From contig JAWQFM010000024.1 in the NCBI GenBank assembly GCA_033442325.1, forward strand, positions 136,400 to 200,399: a DNA stretch of 64,000 nucleotides. The letters are read 5' to 3'. The notes under the pieces were generated by a model. It searched no databases. It saw only the letters and a program-made list of their open reading frames with translations, and had not been told where the DNA came from. The translations under genes were made by a program, and so were the position numbers. This document shows positions 61,238-64,000 of the stretch, piece by piece (position 1 is the stretch's first letter; each line of letters starts with the position of its first letter). The stretch comes from Salpingoeca rosetta (Eukaryota > Protista > Choanoflagellata).

Positions 61238-64000
61238 GACGCCGTCGCCGTGCGATTGCGGCTGTGGTCGGGCGGGTCTCCTTCAGCGCGCGGCTACGCC
61301 CGGTACCCGGTCTTGCTGGCGTGCTCCTCGAGACGGCGCGACTTGCGGCTTGGCGTGTCTTCGCTTGCTGGCGCTGCCGCTGCTGCTTTGCGGTTGCTGG
61401 TGCGGAGTGGTCAGTATTCTTCACGACTTTCTTCACGACCGCGCCAGCAGGCCCGCCGCTGCGTGTTTGTGACACTCTGGAGGCGCCGCGAGTTACCGGT
61501 CTGCGTGCCTTTGCCTGCTGGCCCCGGCCCTGATGCGGTGTGGGTTTGGCCTTGGCTTCGGCCTTGGCTGTCTTTGTGCTGCACTGCGTGTCGACAGCCT
61601 GCTGTGGTGGCGTGGATTCTGCCTGGGCTGCTTCTTCCTTGTCGCTGGTGCTAGTGGTGTGGGTGGTTGTCGAGGAAGGCGTGTCCGAGAAGCCAGCAGT
61701 TGTGGCTGTCGTCTCAGGCGCAAGTGCTGGGGCTGAGGGGGCAGGGCCTCTCGTCCCTGTGTGTGTGTGTGTGTCATGTGTGTGTGTGTGTGCGTGTGTG
61801 CGTGTGTGCGTGTGTGTGGCATCGTTGGTTGTTGAACACAAGAAAGAAGGTGTACGAGGACACCACGAGGTATGTGATGATGACGGAATACCAAGATAGC
61901 AGCGAAAAAGAGGGTAAGGGAGCGAGAAGGCAAAAGGGCAAGAGGGCACAACATCACGAATGCACGGCCACCTGGGCAATGGCGGAAACATTCTCGTAAT
62001 GCGCCATGTGCTCTTCGTCGAGCAGCCACTCAATGACATACCCAAGCCTGCTCAGCTGAATCCCGCGACCAAGGCAGCTATGTGAGCGCAGCGTCCAACG
62101 ACAATTAGCAGCATACAAAGCAACAGCCAGTCGACAGCAACAGCTCAACAGCACGTGCAAGACCTTGCGAAACACACACTTACAAACACACATGCACACT
62201 TCCAGACACACACACACACACACTTACAAACACACACATGCACATACAAACACACAATGCAAACACCCTCGAAAACGCGATGGCAACTCACGTCGATGTC
62301 GCCAAGTTTTGTGTAAAGGACACTGGGAAAGGCCTCGCCACCGTGCATCTCCTCGCCCAGCGTGCACGCGTACACGGACACTTTATACATGCAGACAGTG
62401 ATGGCAAAGGGGAACAAATACCCCTTCAAGTCACGCCACTCCGGGCCTGCGGACTTGATGGCCTTTGCTGCGTACTCCAGCACCTGCGCCTTGGCAGCAT
62501 CCTGTGCCCGCCGGCTGTCACGGGTCTTGAGATCAATCAACAGTGGGTTGCAGTCAAGGTTCGAGGCCAGACGCACAGCATAGTGAACGACAACAGCGGG
62601 GTCGGCCTCAAACGACGCGTGGCTCTTGACGTACACTGCTGCATCACCACACGCCCTGACGAGGGGCGCTTGCATGCGGTCGTTGAAGAGCGTCTCGGGC
62701 GTGCAAAAGGCATCAGCAAAGTCTGCAGTGCAGTCAGCGTGCATGTGTGTGCGTGTGTGCGCATGTGCATGTGTGTGTGTGTATGATTGAGGGATACTCT
62801 CCTTCAGAAGCAGCTCATGCATGCGCAAGCAAACACATGCATGTACATGCACATGCGACACAAGCACGCGCATGCATGCAAACGAGTGCTGAAGACTCAC
62901 TCCCTTTACGCCAGCACCAACACACATGTAACATGCACACACTCGACAGTGGCCTTACGCAGGGGTTTGTCCTTGTGTTTGACCACTTGGAACCACTCAT
63001 TGTGCAGGTGCCAATCAGGGCAGAGAAGCTCGGCCGAGAACGGCTGCGCATAAACTGTTCTGTGGGCCACGTCCACGTCCTTTTCCTTCTCCTTGGCAGC
63101 ATTGCGGGGGTCTACACTCGACTGTAAATCTGTATGAACCACACGAAGCAGCCAAAATGAGTTCCAGCAATGCGTCGGCAGCGTGTTGGCCAGACTGAAA
63201 CGTCGCTGTTGCACGTTCTCTTCCACGCCGACGTTCCACAACAAGGACAAGGCCAACGCACCTTGTCGAAACTGTCCCAACTCTTTGCACTCGGCCGGTC
63301 CTTTGCGTGCGACTTCATCAAGACGACGAAGGAAGGTTTCCGCCTCGTCGAAGGTCACCTGTGGCACCTGCGCCTTCTTGATGTCGAACAAACTGCGGAT
63401 TTCCTGTAGTAGGGTCTTGATGTCTTCCGTGAAGGACAGCTTCATCATGTTGTCGAGGTATGTCCTTGTGGCAGGTTTCTGCGGGGCACGCCACACTGGA
63501 AGGACTTCAATCCCATTCTTGGTGGCAATTGTTCGGATCTTCTCGGCGAAGGCATGGTATTGTGAATCGTCGTCTTCCTGGGTGCCCTTCAGAAGGCTCG
63601 TGTACTCTGCTGTGGCTGCTTGCAAATACGCGCGCGCAAGAACGCCAACCTGAACAAAAGGAGGGGGAAGAAGTGGGTTGAACAAGATATGCAGCAGGTG
63701 TCTACAAGTGAGAAGGAGAGATGACTGTGGTGCGCATGTTGGCGGCATTTGTGGGCAATAATGCCACTTTCCAAGAAGACACACACACAGCCAAAGACAG
63801 ACAGACAGACACAGCCACAGCCACAGACAGACACAGACACACGCACACACACACACACAACAATATCACCCACCTCGTTTGCCGACAAGGTTGTGTAGAC
63901 TACTGGGACATCTTGAGGCGCTTCCGTGCTGTCCTCGGACGAGTCGCCCTTGTTGTGGGTAGATGTGTGTGTGAGGTTGAGTGGGTGGGCAAGTGGCGTC
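61238..64000 (-). CDS. Uncharacterised multi-exon protein with a PD-(D/E)XK (restriction-endonuclease-fold)-like domain; partial at both ends
   Basis: Exons ~63947-63874, 63649-62941, 62722-~62265, ~62056-61972, ~61756-gap. Pattern E..(ETLFND), D (FEADPAVVV), DxK (LLIDLKT), QxxxY (AQVLEYA), then two hydrophobic strands, followed by a T/K/R-rich tail. Confidence 0.55.

Noticed and set aside
60053-62045. 533-649 aa ORFs spanning the large gap
   Set aside because: Artefacts of translating N runs.

Overview
Gene-dense, intron-rich eukaryotic genomic DNA with GT-AG introns filled with (CA/TG)n, (CT)n and (CAA)n microsatellites, plus five N gaps. The style and opisthokont-type gene set suggest a choanoflagellate such as Salpingoeca rosetta (inference). 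I reconstructed 19 protein-coding genes by hand-splicing: a Nup153/Nup1-like FG nucleoporin (partial), a type II membrane LRR protein, a ZCCHC14/ZCCHC2-like PX-knuckle-SAM protein, a sugar-phosphate nucleotidyltransferase, CCDC137, a wax-synthase-type MBOAT, CYP51, a secreted 10-Cys protein, an SGNH/PC-esterase, a 3beta-HSD, a zipperless Maf/CNC-like (SKN-1-type) factor, ADCK2, DHDDS, DNAAF4, a GDP-mannose transporter, a SAM methyltransferase, BRE1, MOCS3/UBA4 and a partial PD-(D/E)XK-like protein. The best candidate for an undescribed system is a sterol/isoprenoid neighbourhood at about 18.6-43 kb (MBOAT, CYP51, 3beta-HSD, ADCK2, DHDDS). It contains an unusual zipperless bZIP-like regulator head-to-head with the 3beta-HSD, and there is an SREBP-type E-box upstream of CYP51. 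This remains a hypothesis because chance adjacency is not excluded. No tRNA, rRNA, CRISPR array or transposon was recognised. Exon boundaries and family calls are by eye from remembered motifs, not database searches.
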